From assembly GCA_041483195.1 (NCBI GenBank), contig JBGPFC010000005.1, positions 6,679 through 70,678 of the forward strand: DNA of 64,000 bases, given 5' to 3'. A program made the position numbers and the translations under genes. Shown piece after piece: positions 1 to 9,495 of this stretch. The notes beneath the pieces were generated by a model. That model ran no database searches and was not told where the DNA came from. It worked only from the letters and a program-made list of their open reading frames with translations. How positions within the stretch are numbered: the first letter of the stretch is position 1; each line of letters opens with the position of its first letter. The DNA comes from Candidatus Eiseniibacteriota bacterium (lineage in GTDB: Bacteria > Eisenbacteria > RBG-16-71-46).

Positions 1-681
1 CGGCGTGTCGCGCGGCAGGTCGAACGGCTCGAGGAGTCGGTCCACCTCGTCGTCGGGCAGCTCGAGATTCTTCTCGGAGAGCGGATCGATCGAGGGAGGA
101 GCGAGAAACGCCGGCGTCGCGAGCGGCGGAACGAACGTCACGTGCGAGAACACGGCGGCGTGAAAATGGTTCACGCGATTCGCCACGAAATCAAGCACGT
201 CCGGATTGGCCCGCGAGAGGTCGATGTGGCAGCGCCACAGCCAGCGCTGACCGGCCTTTCTCCGCAGCTCGGCCAGCGCGGCCGGCTGGGGATCGTGAAT
301 CAGCACCAGGTCGCCATCGAGCGCCAGCTCCGCGGCCGCGCGGCGGTTCATCTCGTGGAAGTGGTCCATGTCGTCGGCGGTGAGGGACCCCGGGCCGCCG
401 TGCAGGGCGTTGTGAATCGTCTTTGTGATCTCGTAGAAGCGGGCGTCGCCGGGCATGACCTCCCAGGTGGTGGGAATGCCGAGCTCGTTCAACAGCGGCA
501 CCAGCCGGTGAAGGATCTCCGCCACGCCGCCGCCGGTCGACGTGGAGTTGACCATGGCGATGCGATGACCGTGGAGCGACCGCGCGAGCGACTCGAGCGC
601 GCGCATCGGGCCGTCGCCAATTACCGCGCGATAGCCGTCCACCAGCGACGCGCCGTCCGAGCGGGTCTGGACCCGCGTCAT
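1..681 (-). CDS. GT4-family glycosyltransferase, N-terminal part (gene continues beyond window start); possibly a TreT-like trehalose or sugar-phosphate synthase
   Basis: Minus-strand ATG at 679-681 gives MTRVQTRSDGASLVDGYRAVIGDG...IAMVNSTSTGGGVAEILHRLVPLLNELGI..., the glycine-rich N-terminal Rossmann motif of GT4 enzymes. Its start overlaps the upstream gene's stop as ATGA (678-681). Confidence 0.6.
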   Translation of the reverse strand, partial: MTRVQTRSDGASLVDGYRAVIGDGPMRALESLARSLHGHRIAMVNSTSTGGGVAEILHRLVPLLNELGIPTTWEVMPGDARFYEITKTIHNALHGGPGSLTADDMDHFHEMNRRAAAELALDGDLVLIHDPQPAALAELRRKAGQRWLWRCHIDLSRANPDVLDFVANRVNHFHAAVFSHVTFVPPLATPAFLAPPSIDPLSEKNLELPDDEVDRLLEPFDLPRDTP

Positions 682-1433
682 CGGGTGTCACCCGAACCAC
701 GGCGCCGGCGCACGAGCCGCACCACGGCCTGCCGCGCGGCCTCGCGACGCGCGTCCTCCGGGGCTCTCGTGGCCTCGGCGAGATGTCTTCCGATCTTGCT
801 CCGCCGCCACCGCGTCTGAACGCGCGCGCGCACTTTGTCGATCGGCAGACCCGACCCCGCGGCCTCCTCGAGCCAGGTCGCGAGGCGGTCATCGGACGTG
901 CCGCGGAGCCACGCGAGCAGGGGGGCGTGGCCGCCTCCAGTCCATGGCTCTTCGACCAGGTGGAAGAACCACACACACGCGTCCGCCGCCAGCAGCGCGT
1001 CCACGAGTTCCTGGCCGTCGTGAGCCCGCATGCCGATGGAAAATCTCAACGAGATCGCGGAGAGGAACGGGAACGCGCTGCCCTCTGGCGCGTCGCGCTC
1101 GACGCGCCGTTTCGTGGGGATCGCATCCAGCACCTCAAGCAGCTCGGCCCTCAGCGATTCGGCGGTGGCGTGCCTGGCCTGGACCACGAACGAAAGGCGC
1201 TCCGCGGTCTCGTCGTCCTGCGCGACCCCGCCGATCCACGCGCTGAAGTCGTCGCGCGGCTGCTCGTCGGCACCCGGATGCCGCAGCCGGTACTGAACCG
1301 CGTGGTGGAAGATCACCTCGGCCGGGGCCGCCGCGATGCCGTGGCGGAGCCCATCGAGATCACGCGCCGGCTCTCCCCACGGCTGGATCAGATGTGCCAC
1401 TCCGCTCAGCTCGAACCCGGGGCCACTCGCCAT
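678..1433 (-). CDS. hypothetical protein (about 251 aa), co-operonic with otsA and the GT4 gene
   Basis: Minus-strand ORF starting MASGPGFELSGVAHLIQPWGEPARDL at 1431-1433. It overlaps its neighbours by TAATG upstream and ATGA downstream. I see no recognisable domain. Confidence 0.5.
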   Translation of the reverse strand: MASGPGFELSGVAHLIQPWGEPARDLDGLRHGIAAAPAEVIFHHAVQYRLRHPGADEQPRDDFSAWIGGVAQDDETAERLSFVVQARHATAESLRAELLEVLDAIPTKRRVERDAPEGSAFPFLSAISLRFSIGMRAHDGQELVDALLAADACVWFFHLVEEPWTGGGHAPLLAWLRGTSDDRLATWLEEAAGSGLPIDKVRARVQTRWRRSKIGRHLAEATRAPEDARREAARQAVVRLVRRRRGSGDTR

Positions 1434-2137
1434 TATTCCGGCCTCTTCGGCCCCACTTCGTCGAGCGAACGCAGGTACTCGACCAGGAAATCCCGCGCGA
1501 GGTCGCGGCATCCGAGGCCGAACGCCAGCGCCAGCCCGAGGCCGGCCGTCGCGACGGCCACGATGCCGATCGCCATGACGAACTGCGCGGCCAGGCCGAG
1601 CTGCTCGAGCGCGAGCAGCGCCGCGAACCCGGTAAGGACCGCCGAGACGATCCGCCCCTGGAGCTTCGCCGTGCGGATGTCGGCGGATTCGAGGAAGCGC
1701 TCGGTGATGCCTCCGATCAGCAACGCGATGAACACGCCGACCGCGAACAGCACGGCGGAGGTCACGATCCGCGGCACCACCTCGCTCAGCCGGTCCGCCA
1801 CCGATGCGCCGAGGCTGAACCCGAGCGTATCGAGCGCCAGCATCGCGGCGCCCGCCATCACGACCCAGTACACCGCCCAGCCGGCGATGCCGGCCGGCTC
1901 GTGCCGGAGCGGCGCATGCGGACCCATGAGACGCCGCATGCCTTCATCGAACTTGAGCGCGCGCAGGACGCCGCGCACGACGCGGGAGAGGAGCGCGGCG
2001 ACCGCCCAGCCCAGCAGCATCACCACCAGGGCCGCGGCCGTGTTGATGGCACCCTGGCCGGCCGCGCCTCCCAGGTCTTCGAGACGCGTGAGAAGACTCG
2101 ACCACGGCTCCGTCTGCAGTATCACGAGCGTCGACAT
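1433..2137 (-). CDS. polytopic membrane protein with repeated conserved TM-helix segments (MscS-associated TM_helix-like)
   Basis: 234 aa beginning MSTLVILQTEPW, with a highly hydrophobic repeated A/G/L-rich helix pattern. It sits 26 nt downstream of otsA on the same strand. Confidence 0.55.
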   Translation of the reverse strand: MSTLVILQTEPWSSLLTRLEDLGGAAGQGAINTAAALVVMLLGWAVAALLSRVVRGVLRALKFDEGMRRLMGPHAPLRHEPAGIAGWAVYWVVMAGAAMLALDTLGFSLGASVADRLSEVVPRIVTSAVLFAVGVFIALLIGGITERFLESADIRTAKLQGRIVSAVLTGFAALLALEQLGLAAQFVMAIGIVAVATAGLGLALAFGLGCRDLARDFLVEYLRSLDEVGPKRPE

Positions 2138-2162
2138 GCGATCACCTCCACGTTGTGCGGGC

Positions 2163-3770
2163 TCAACCGGGCGTGCGCCCGGGTTCGGAGGCCGATGCGG
2201 GCGGGGCCTCCCTGGCGGGTGTTCTGAGGTTCAGGCCCACGATGGTGTCGAGCACGTCGAGCGTCCAATCGAAGATGTTCCGGCGCAGCACCGTCTCGCG
2301 CAGCGCCGCCATGCGCTCGCGGCGCCCGTCGGCCGGCTCGGAGAGCGCGTCGTGGTACGCGTCCGCCAGCGCCTCGCGGTCGAAGGGGGAGACGAGCCAG
2401 GCCCGCTCGAGTTCCCGCGCCGCGCCCGTGAAGGGCGACAACACGAGCGCGCCCTCGAGATCGGGCGAGGCGGCGAGGTATTCCTTGGCCACCAGGTTCA
2501 TGCCGTCGTGGAGCGACGTCACCGTGCACAGGTCCGCCATGCGGTAGTAGGGGACAAGTTCGCGGAAATCGAGATTGCTCTCGATCAGGTGCACCGTGGG
2601 ACCCGCCGCGCGCGGGTAGCGGCGGTTGATGGTCTCGGCCCAGCGGCGCGTCCGAAGCTTCACGTTGCGGTACTCTCGCAGCTCGATGCGGGACGGCACG
2701 CCGATCTGGATGAAGACGAGTCGCCCCCGCCACTCGGGGTGCTTCTCGAGCAGCCGATCGAGCGCCTCGAACCGCTCGGGAATTCCCTTCGTGTAGTCGA
2801 GCCGGTCCACCCCGAGGACGATCTTGCAGCCCTCGAGCCCCAGTCGCTCGCGGATATCGGCCTCGGCCCGCCGCGTCTCCGCGGTCTCCGCGAGGGCCGC
2901 GATCTGCTCGGCGTCCACGCTGATCGCGACCGGGTGCACCCAGGTGCGCCGGCCCGCGCGGTCCACCGCCAGCCGCTCGAAATCCACGCGCGCCTCGAGC
3001 GATTCCGCGACGCTGTCGAGGAAGTTCATCGCGTGGCGGCGGATGTGGAATCCCACGAAGTCGTTCGCCAGCATTCCGGCGAGGACCTCTTCCTTCCAGG
3101 GCAAGACGCGGAACGCCTCGGGATTGGGCCACGGAATGTGCCAGAACATCGCCACCTGAAGATCGGGACGTTTCTCTTTGATGAATCGCGCCGCCAGCGC
3201 GAGGTGGTAGTCCTGAATGAAGACCAGCGCCGGCAGGTCGCCGACTTCCTCGAGCACTGCCTCGGCGAAACGCAGGTTGACCTTCTGGTATGACCTCCAG
3301 TCCGCGATGCGGAACAGCGGCCGCACGTACACGACGTGGCACAACGGCCACAGCGCGCTGTTGGCGAACCCCGAGTAGTAGTGAGCGTGATCCGCGTGCG
3401 TGAGCCAGAGCCGCCGCAGGGTGTAGCGAGGGCGATCGGGCGGACACGCGATCCGATCGTGGGCGTCCACCACCTCGCGGTCGGCATCGCCGCCGCCGTG
3501 GGCGACCCACACGCCGCCCAGCGCCTGCATGACCGCATCGAGCGCGACGGTCAGCCCGCCCGCGTTGCGGATCGCGCGGAGCTCGCCGTCCACGCGCTGA
3601 TGCGAGTAGGGCTCCCGATTGGAGACCACGACCAGCTTGCGGTTCGGGAGATGGGCCTGAGCCCAGGCGACGAGGTCGGCCTGCGTCGTACGCGGAGGAC
3701 CCTCGCTTCGCTGTTGCGTTCGAATCGCGGCGCGGCTGAGTGCCGAGCGAGCCCTCTCGGCAAGGTCCAC
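2163..3770 (-). CDS. otsA: alpha,alpha-trehalose-phosphate synthase (GT20)
   Basis: 535 aa carrying KLVVVSNREPYSHQ, GGLTVALD, FWHIPWPNPE and LHDGMNLVAKEY, all diagnostic of OtsA/TPS. Confidence 0.9.
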   Translation of the reverse strand: MDLAERARSALSRAAIRTQQRSEGPPRTTQADLVAWAQAHLPNRKLVVVSNREPYSHQRVDGELRAIRNAGGLTVALDAVMQALGGVWVAHGGGDADREVVDAHDRIACPPDRPRYTLRRLWLTHADHAHYYSGFANSALWPLCHVVYVRPLFRIADWRSYQKVNLRFAEAVLEEVGDLPALVFIQDYHLALAARFIKEKRPDLQVAMFWHIPWPNPEAFRVLPWKEEVLAGMLANDFVGFHIRRHAMNFLDSVAESLEARVDFERLAVDRAGRRTWVHPVAISVDAEQIAALAETAETRRAEADIRERLGLEGCKIVLGVDRLDYTKGIPERFEALDRLLEKHPEWRGRLVFIQIGVPSRIELREYRNVKLRTRRWAETINRRYPRAAGPTVHLIESNLDFRELVPYYRMADLCTVTSLHDGMNLVAKEYLAASPDLEGALVLSPFTGAARELERAWLVSPFDREALADAYHDALSEPADGRRERMAALRETVLRRNIFDWTLDVLDTIVGLNLRTPAREAPPASASEPGRTPG

Positions 3771-3915
3771 GGCGACCTCCTTCGGAGTGCCCGCCTCCGC
3801 GGCGCCGGGGGAGGCGTACGGGCAGCGAATCGGGCGCTCGTTCGAGCCTCGTTGACGTCATCCGGAGGCTACGAGACGATGAGCGGGCGGTCAACCTTGG
3901 CGGGGCGCCCCCAAC

Positions 3916-4722
3916 ATGCGGCCTCCAGATGCTCTCGAAGGCGTTGCGGAAGAGCTGTGGCGCATGGCGTCGCTCGCCCGCCACCGGCTGCTGATGCTCG
4001 ATTACGACGGGACGCTGGCCCCCTTCACCGTCGTCCGCGACGAGGCGCGGCCCGCGCAGCGCACGCTGGAATTATTGCGCCGCATCGGCACGGGGTCCCG
4101 CACGATCGTCGCGATCGTCTCGGGGCGTCCGCTGGTCGAGCTCGAGCGAATGATCGGAGCGCTGCCGGCTATCTTCGTCGGCGAGCACGGCTGGGAACGG
4201 CGCGCGCCCGACGGGAGCCTCGTGCTGCGCCCGCTGGACCCATCGGTCGCGACCATGATCGAGGACGCCGAGCGCATGGCGCGCGCCTCGGGCTTGAGCG
4301 AATGGCTCGAGCGCAAGCGCTCGGCGATCGTCCTCCACACCCGGTCGCTCCCCCCCGAACAGGCTGTCGCGTTGAACGAACGCTGCGTCGCCGCGTGGCG
4401 GAGCCTCACCCTCGGAGGCCGCGTGACGTTGGATCGGATCGATGGCGGGGTGGAGCTGCGCGCGAGCGGATGGGGCAAGGGAAGTGTCGTAGGTTCGCTG
4501 CTCTCGCAGTCACCGCCCGAAACGCTCTGCGTGTTCGTCGGCGACGACGTGGCGGACGAGGACGCCTTCGCCGTCGTCCGCGAGCGCGGGTTCGGCGTCC
4601 GGGTGGGCGATCGCGAGTTGCCGTCGCTCGCAATGGGCCGCCTGCCATCGAGCGAGGCGGTGACGGTGTTTCTCGAGAGGTGGCTCGAGGTGGTCGAGGA
4701 CGCGGCAGGCACGGCGCCCTGA
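3916..4722 (+). CDS. otsB: trehalose-6-phosphate phosphatase (HAD family)
   Basis: Carries LLMLDYDGTLAPF (HAD motif I) and later HAD motifs, and is divergent from otsA. An alternative start at 3964 is possible. Confidence 0.85.
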   Translation: MRPPDALEGVAEELWRMASLARHRLLMLDYDGTLAPFTVVRDEARPAQRTLELLRRIGTGSRTIVAIVSGRPLVELERMIGALPAIFVGEHGWERRAPDGSLVLRPLDPSVATMIEDAERMARASGLSEWLERKRSAIVLHTRSLPPEQAVALNERCVAAWRSLTLGGRVTLDRIDGGVELRASGWGKGSVVGSLLSQSPPETLCVFVGDDVADEDAFAVVRERGFGVRVGDRELPSLAMGRLPSSEAVTVFLERWLEVVEDAAGTAP

Positions 4723-4774
4723 GCCCGCCGGACCGCTGCCGGATCGCGGCGGTCTCGGTCGCGCTGGGGGGCGC

Positions 4775-5218
4775 CTACCCGTTCGGATTCGCGCTCGCGG
4801 GACGTCGAGGCTCAACCGCGCGCTTGCGCCCGATCAACCCATCGACGCTCCAATCGCCGCCGCCCCGCGCCGCCAGGTACAGGAAGATGAAGCAGAGCAG
4901 CACGGCCGGCGCGCCCATATTCACGATGGGCCACGCTCCCTTCGGCGCGTGGAACTGCCAGTACGCGACTGCCATCTCGCCGGACAGAATGAAGGCGACC
5001 GGCCGGGTGAAGAGGCCGAGCATGATGGCGACGCCGCCGATGACCTCGAGCACGCCGCCGATTCCCGCCTCCGTCATCAGGGGCGCGTGCGAGCCCAGGT
5101 GGCCGGGCATGCCCCCGTACCAGCCGAACAGCTTCATCGCGCCCGGCTGGAAGATCAGCAGCCCCGCGACGATTCGAAGCAGGAAGAGCGTGACCTGTTC
5201 GCCGCGATGCGAGTTCAT
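4775..5218 (-). CDS. DoxX family membrane protein
   Basis: 147 aa with MKLFGWYGGMPGH...GLFTRPVAFILSGEMAVAYWQFH, a typical DoxX pattern. Confidence 0.8.
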   Translation of the reverse strand: MNSHRGEQVTLFLLRIVAGLLIFQPGAMKLFGWYGGMPGHLGSHAPLMTEAGIGGVLEVIGGVAIMLGLFTRPVAFILSGEMAVAYWQFHAPKGAWPIVNMGAPAVLLCFIFLYLAARGGGDWSVDGLIGRKRAVEPRRPASANPNG

Positions 5219-5736
5219 CGAGTGCCCCCTGAGCGGGTCGCCAGAAATTCGGCGAGACGGTCCAGCATTTCGATCCAGCCCTGCTGCGTCGCTTCGCGCT
5301 CATCGATCGAATCGGGAATGGAATGCATCAGGGTGAGCTTCGTCCCGCCTTCATTCTCCGCAAACGTCACGGTCACCAGCGTCTCGGAGGGGTGGCCCTC
5401 GCTGAACCCGTAAAGGGCCGGGGGGACCGGGTTGCCGTTCGCGTCGGCGAAGGCGTCGGTGTAGACGATCCGCTCCGGCGCGACGATTTCGCGAAAGATG
5501 CCGATGCCCCAGATGTCGCGCCCCTCGGGCAGCCGCATGCAGTAGTGGAATACGCCGCCCACGCGGAGATCCACGGTGCAGAACGGCGTCGTGCAGCCCT
5601 TCGGCGCCCACCAGCGCATCAGGTGCTCAGGCCTGGTCCAGGCCTCGAACACCCGCTGGCGCGGAGCATCGATGATGCGAGTGGTGACGATCCCAGGGTC
5701 CATGGTCTTCGCGAGGGGGCGATTGCCTTCGTTCAT
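5215..5736 (-). CDS. SRPBCC/AHSA1 (activator of Hsp90 ATPase-like) domain protein
   Basis: MNEGNRPLAK...RIIDAPRQRVFEAWTRPEHLMRWWAP... An AAGGAG ribosome-binding site lies 6 nt upstream of the ATG at 5736. The ORF's longer N-terminal extension in the track lacks a ribosome-binding site. Confidence 0.75.
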   Translation of the reverse strand: MNEGNRPLAKTMDPGIVTTRIIDAPRQRVFEAWTRPEHLMRWWAPKGCTTPFCTVDLRVGGVFHYCMRLPEGRDIWGIGIFREIVAPERIVYTDAFADANGNPVPPALYGFSEGHPSETLVTVTFAENEGGTKLTLMHSIPDSIDEREATQQGWIEMLDRLAEFLATRSGGTR

Positions 5737-5806
5737 CTCGCTCTCCTTTGGGTTGCGGCCCGCGCACGAGGTCGTGCGGTCGGCCACGTGATTAGTGCGC
5801 CTCGGG

Positions 5807-6277
5807 CTACTCCGCGAGTTGCGCGGCGAGCAGCCGCGCCAGGCGGTCGAATCCCGAGCCCCAGCCCGAGCCGTGGTGATCGCGGGTCTGGCGGTCGGGG
5901 AAGAACTCGTGCGTGAGCTTCAATCGCGTGCCGCCCGGGATGGCGATGAATTCGAGCGTGACGCGCGCCTCGGGCGCGCCGGCGAGCGGCCCATCCAGCC
6001 ATCGCGTGTGCCAGACGATGCGGGCCGGCCGCCGGATCTTGGCATAGCGCGCCGTGCAGTGGGTGACGCCGCCGGTGGCCACGTCGCTCATGGCGAGGCT
6101 CCAGCCGCCGCCGACGCGCGCGTCGACCGTCATCGTGTCGATCGTGTAGGCGTCCGCCGACCAGATGCTTCGAAGCGCGGCCGCATCGAGAAACGCGCCG
6201 AAGACGCGTTCGCGCTCCGCCTCGAAGTCGCGCGAGAGTTCCAGCGTGGTGTTCGGGTCGGGACCGGCCGCCATCAT
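5807..6277 (-). CDS. SRPBCC/AHSA1 domain protein (second copy)
   Basis: LELSRDFEAERERVFGAFLDAAALRSIW...; paralogous to the upstream gene. Confidence 0.75.
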   Translation of the reverse strand: MMAAGPDPNTTLELSRDFEAERERVFGAFLDAAALRSIWSADAYTIDTMTVDARVGGGWSLAMSDVATGGVTHCTARYAKIRRPARIVWHTRWLDGPLAGAPEARVTLEFIAIPGGTRLKLTHEFFPDRQTRDHHGSGWGSGFDRLARLLAAQLAE

Positions 6278-6315
6278 TTCTCACCTCCCATGGTGCTGCT
6301 CCCGGTGTCGAAGAA

Positions 6316-6696
6316 CTACTTCTTCCGGCCGCGTGCCTTGCGTCCTCCCCGCAGTCCGCGGAGGTAGTCGTCCAATCGATCCAGCCGCTGTTCCCAGAGG
6401 CTGCGGTACTGCGCGAGCCACACGGACGCCTCCTGCAGAGGCACCGCCTCCAGCCGGCAGGGCCGCCATTGCGCCTCGCGGCCGCGTGCGATCAGGCCCG
6501 CGCGCTCCAGCACCTTGAGGTGCTTGGAGACGGCGGGCAGGCTCATGTCGAACGGCTCGGCGAGTTCCGTGACCGCGCGCTCGCCGGACGCGAGCCGGGC
6601 GAGGATCGCCCGCCGGGTGGGATCGGCGAGTGCTGCGAATGTGGCGTTCAGGCGCTCTGGCGACATGGGGCGAAGGACCTCCGTGTAATCAACCAC
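6316..6696 (-). CDS. ArsR/SmtB family transcriptional regulator
   Basis: FAALADPTRRAILARLASGERAVTELAEPFDMSLPAVSKHLKVLERAGLI is a canonical ArsR winged HTH. It is the first gene of an ArsR-SRPBCC-SRPBCC-DoxX operon. Confidence 0.85.
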   Translation of the reverse strand: MVDYTEVLRPMSPERLNATFAALADPTRRAILARLASGERAVTELAEPFDMSLPAVSKHLKVLERAGLIARGREAQWRPCRLEAVPLQEASVWLAQYRSLWEQRLDRLDDYLRGLRGGRKARGRKK

Positions 6697-6801
6697 TCGG
6701 TTAAATACACCAGAGGACCACCTCGGGTCAAGGGTTACTCGGGATGGGGGAGCAGACGGGCCGAGGATGGATCACGCTCTCGGGCGCCGCCGTCCCGTCG
6801 C

Positions 6802-9495
6802 TCAGACCCCGATCCAGAAGGTGGCTTTCACCGCGAACACGTTCTCGGGCGCGTGGTCGAGCAGCCCGCGATAGTCGCGCGAGAAGTCGAACCCGCCGAG
6901 CGGCTGGATATCGGTGCGGTGCTGCTGCCACACCAGGAATAGCGTCGAGCCGGGGCGATACTCCCAGCGCAACACGGCGTTCCCGAGCAGCGACCGGAAG
7001 TTGAAGTCGGGGTCGTCGAACGCGAAGGTCGCGCCGTTGCCGGGATCGACGGTGTACACGCCGGAGGGATCGCGCGTGATGCTGCCGCGATGCTTGCCGT
7101 ACACGTCGAACTGGAATTGCTGCGGCGCGCGCAGCTCCTTGAACTGCGAGTAGTGCCCGGTCACGACCAGCGGCTGCACGTAGATCTGCAGGCTGAGCCG
7201 CGGGGTGAGCGTCCAGTCGCAGCGCGTGTCGAGCGAGAGGATCCGCTGGTCGAGCGTGGCGAACACGTCCCGCTCTCCGTAGGTGGCGGTCGCGTCGGTG
7301 TCGGGCACCGATTGCAGATATTGCCCGAGCGCGTGCGAGGCCGAGTACGACGGCTCGAAGCGCACGCGCAGGGTGGGCGAGGGGCGCAGCGAGACCGACA
7401 CCGACGGGAAGTCGCCGACGCCCCCGAATTCGTTCCACGAGTGGGAGAAGTACGGGCTCACGGTCCACGAACGGCGCGAGTCCGAGGTCAGGTTCACGAA
7501 CCACGACCCGATCTCGGGCGTGCGCGCCTGCGGGCCGCCGCGCGTGATGCGGTCGTCCATGACGCTCCGATTCAGCGTGATGCGGCTGTCGAAGCTCGAG
7601 AAGTCGGGGAACGTGCCGCTCGCGTCGAGCGCGTAGGAGTCGAACACGCGGTCTCCCCCGAAGTTCCACATCTGATTCTCGAACGGATAGATCGTGTAGT
7701 TGCGCAGGAATTTCCCGGGACGGTTCTCCTGATAGAGCACGATGCTCGAGAATCCCCGGTAGTCGGCGCGCTGGTCGTAGCCGAGGTCGTTGGTCTCGTA
7801 CCCCGGGCTGCGGCTCACGTAGGCGAGCGAGGTGAGCCAGTGTGTTCCCGAGGTCTTCGAGATCGAGCCATCGAGCCCGTAGCCCTGGAGCTTCGTGCGA
7901 TGGGGATCGTACGTGAAGTAGTCGGCATGATCGGGGCGTTGCAGGTAGCGCGAGCTGGCGCGTTGCGCCGTGGCGATCGCCTGGCTGCTGCCGTCGATGC
8001 TTGATCCCGTGAGCGCGGCGTCCACCGCCCAGCGGCGCTGGCTCCATGCGCTCCCGAAGTCGACTCCGCCGACGTAGGCGTTGGACCTCAACAATCCCAG
8101 GAGCGCGGGATCGTCCAGCCGGCGATTCACGGCGGTGAGCAGCGCGCCGACCGAGGTGTTGCCGGAGCGCAGCTCGCGGCGCGCGCGACCGGTGAAGTAG
8201 TGGGTGAGCGGCTCGACCTCGGCGCTGCGATGGACGCCGAGGGTGTCCACGTAGTCGGCGAGCTCCCGGGTCGTCACCGCGTCGAGCGCTCCGATCGCCC
8301 ATCCGCCGGCAGTGCGCCCGGTGAGCTTCGCGGCGCCGCCGATGCTGGTCGCGGGCGGGCTGTCGACGAAACGGAAGTTCGGGCCTCCGAGCACCCGCTG
8401 CGGCGCGCGGCCGATGCGCCGCGAGTTGAAGATCGTGGGCACCCCGATGTTGTTGAACGCGCGAGAGCGGCCGAAGCCGAACAGGTCCGAGCCCTCCACG
8501 AAGAACGGGCGGTGCTCGGGAAACAGCGTCTCGAACGCCGTGAGGTTCACCTCGGCCGGATCCTGCTCCACCTGCCCGAAGTCGGGATTGACCGTGAGAT
8601 CGAGCGTGAGGTCGCTGGTGACGCCGTACTTGAGATCCCCGCCGGTCGCGCCGAAGTAGTCGCTGTGCGACCGGAACGGATCGTTGCGCGCGACGTCGAG
8701 TCGTTCGTTGCGGCCCGACACGTACGGCATGATCTCGAGACGCTGGGGGCGCTCGAGGCGTCCCAACCCGACGAGTTCGCCGTAGCGACTCACGCCGCCC
8801 TGTTCCTTCTTCGGGGTGAAGGCGAACACCGACCGTTCGCCCCTGCGAAAGATGGTGCGTGCGAGCTGCAGCCCCCAGGCCGCTTCGCCCTGCGTGTTGT
8901 ATCGCAGCTGCGCGAGCGGGATGCGCAGCTCGGCGCTCCAGCCGAGCGAGTCCACGCGGGTGCCGGCCTCCCACACCGCATCCCAGGTGTCGTCCTCGCC
9001 GCCGTCGGTGCCGATCGCGCCGTCGAGGATCGCGCCCGCGGGGTTCACGCGGAAGCGCTTCGCCGTGAGGTGGTCGTGGTAGGAGTCGAGGTACACGTCG
9101 AACGCGTCGGTCTCGACCGGATCGTCGCGCCGCGAGAGCCGCGCCTTGATCTTCGATGGCTCACGGTCGAACAGCCGCGCGCCGATGTAGAGCGCGTCGT
9201 CCCCGATCAGAATCCGCACCTCGGTGCGCTCGGAGACCGGCTTGCCCTCCTCCGGGTCGTTCTGCGTGAACTCGGTGACCGGCGTCGCCTCCGACCACGC
9301 CGCCTCATCGAGCACGCCGTCGATGTGGACCGTTCCGCTGAGCCGCGAGGCGATCGCCCGCGGGGGAGGAGCGACGTGACGCGCCGCCGTGGTGTCGGGC
9401 GGCTGGGCGAGCGCGGCGTTCGCGCCCGCGAGCACCATCCACGCGATGAGCGGCGTCGCGCGCACGAGCCCGGGGGTCGAAGGCGGCGGCGTCAT
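6802..9495 (-). CDS. DUF5916/CBM9-like domain outer-membrane protein (897 aa) with signal peptide
   Basis: N-terminal signal peptide ending ANAALAQ. A CBM9-like segment (VHIDGVLDEAAWSEATPVTEFTQNDPEEGKP) precedes a long beta-strand-rich region ending in an aromatic C-terminus (ATFWIGV). The family is common in Gemmatimonadota and Bacteroidota. Confidence 0.75.
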   Translation of the reverse strand: MTPPPSTPGLVRATPLIAWMVLAGANAALAQPPDTTAARHVAPPPRAIASRLSGTVHIDGVLDEAAWSEATPVTEFTQNDPEEGKPVSERTEVRILIGDDALYIGARLFDREPSKIKARLSRRDDPVETDAFDVYLDSYHDHLTAKRFRVNPAGAILDGAIGTDGGEDDTWDAVWEAGTRVDSLGWSAELRIPLAQLRYNTQGEAAWGLQLARTIFRRGERSVFAFTPKKEQGGVSRYGELVGLGRLERPQRLEIMPYVSGRNERLDVARNDPFRSHSDYFGATGGDLKYGVTSDLTLDLTVNPDFGQVEQDPAEVNLTAFETLFPEHRPFFVEGSDLFGFGRSRAFNNIGVPTIFNSRRIGRAPQRVLGGPNFRFVDSPPATSIGGAAKLTGRTAGGWAIGALDAVTTRELADYVDTLGVHRSAEVEPLTHYFTGRARRELRSGNTSVGALLTAVNRRLDDPALLGLLRSNAYVGGVDFGSAWSQRRWAVDAALTGSSIDGSSQAIATAQRASSRYLQRPDHADYFTYDPHRTKLQGYGLDGSISKTSGTHWLTSLAYVSRSPGYETNDLGYDQRADYRGFSSIVLYQENRPGKFLRNYTIYPFENQMWNFGGDRVFDSYALDASGTFPDFSSFDSRITLNRSVMDDRITRGGPQARTPEIGSWFVNLTSDSRRSWTVSPYFSHSWNEFGGVGDFPSVSVSLRPSPTLRVRFEPSYSASHALGQYLQSVPDTDATATYGERDVFATLDQRILSLDTRCDWTLTPRLSLQIYVQPLVVTGHYSQFKELRAPQQFQFDVYGKHRGSITRDPSGVYTVDPGNGATFAFDDPDFNFRSLLGNAVLRWEYRPGSTLFLVWQQHRTDIQPLGGFDFSRDYRGLLDHAPENVFAVKATFWIGV

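Noticed and set aside
142-819. Plus-strand 225-aa ORF at the window start
   Set aside because: The minus strand over the same bases encodes a GT4 N-terminal Rossmann motif and is ATGA-coupled to the upstream gene. The plus ORF is Arg/Gly-rich noise.
2122-3984. 620-aa minus-strand ORF, Arg/Gly/Pro-rich, overlapping otsA in another frame
   Set aside because: Its composition (runs of R, G, P, A) is typical of out-of-frame translation of 70% GC DNA. The overlapping frame carries unmistakable OtsA motifs.
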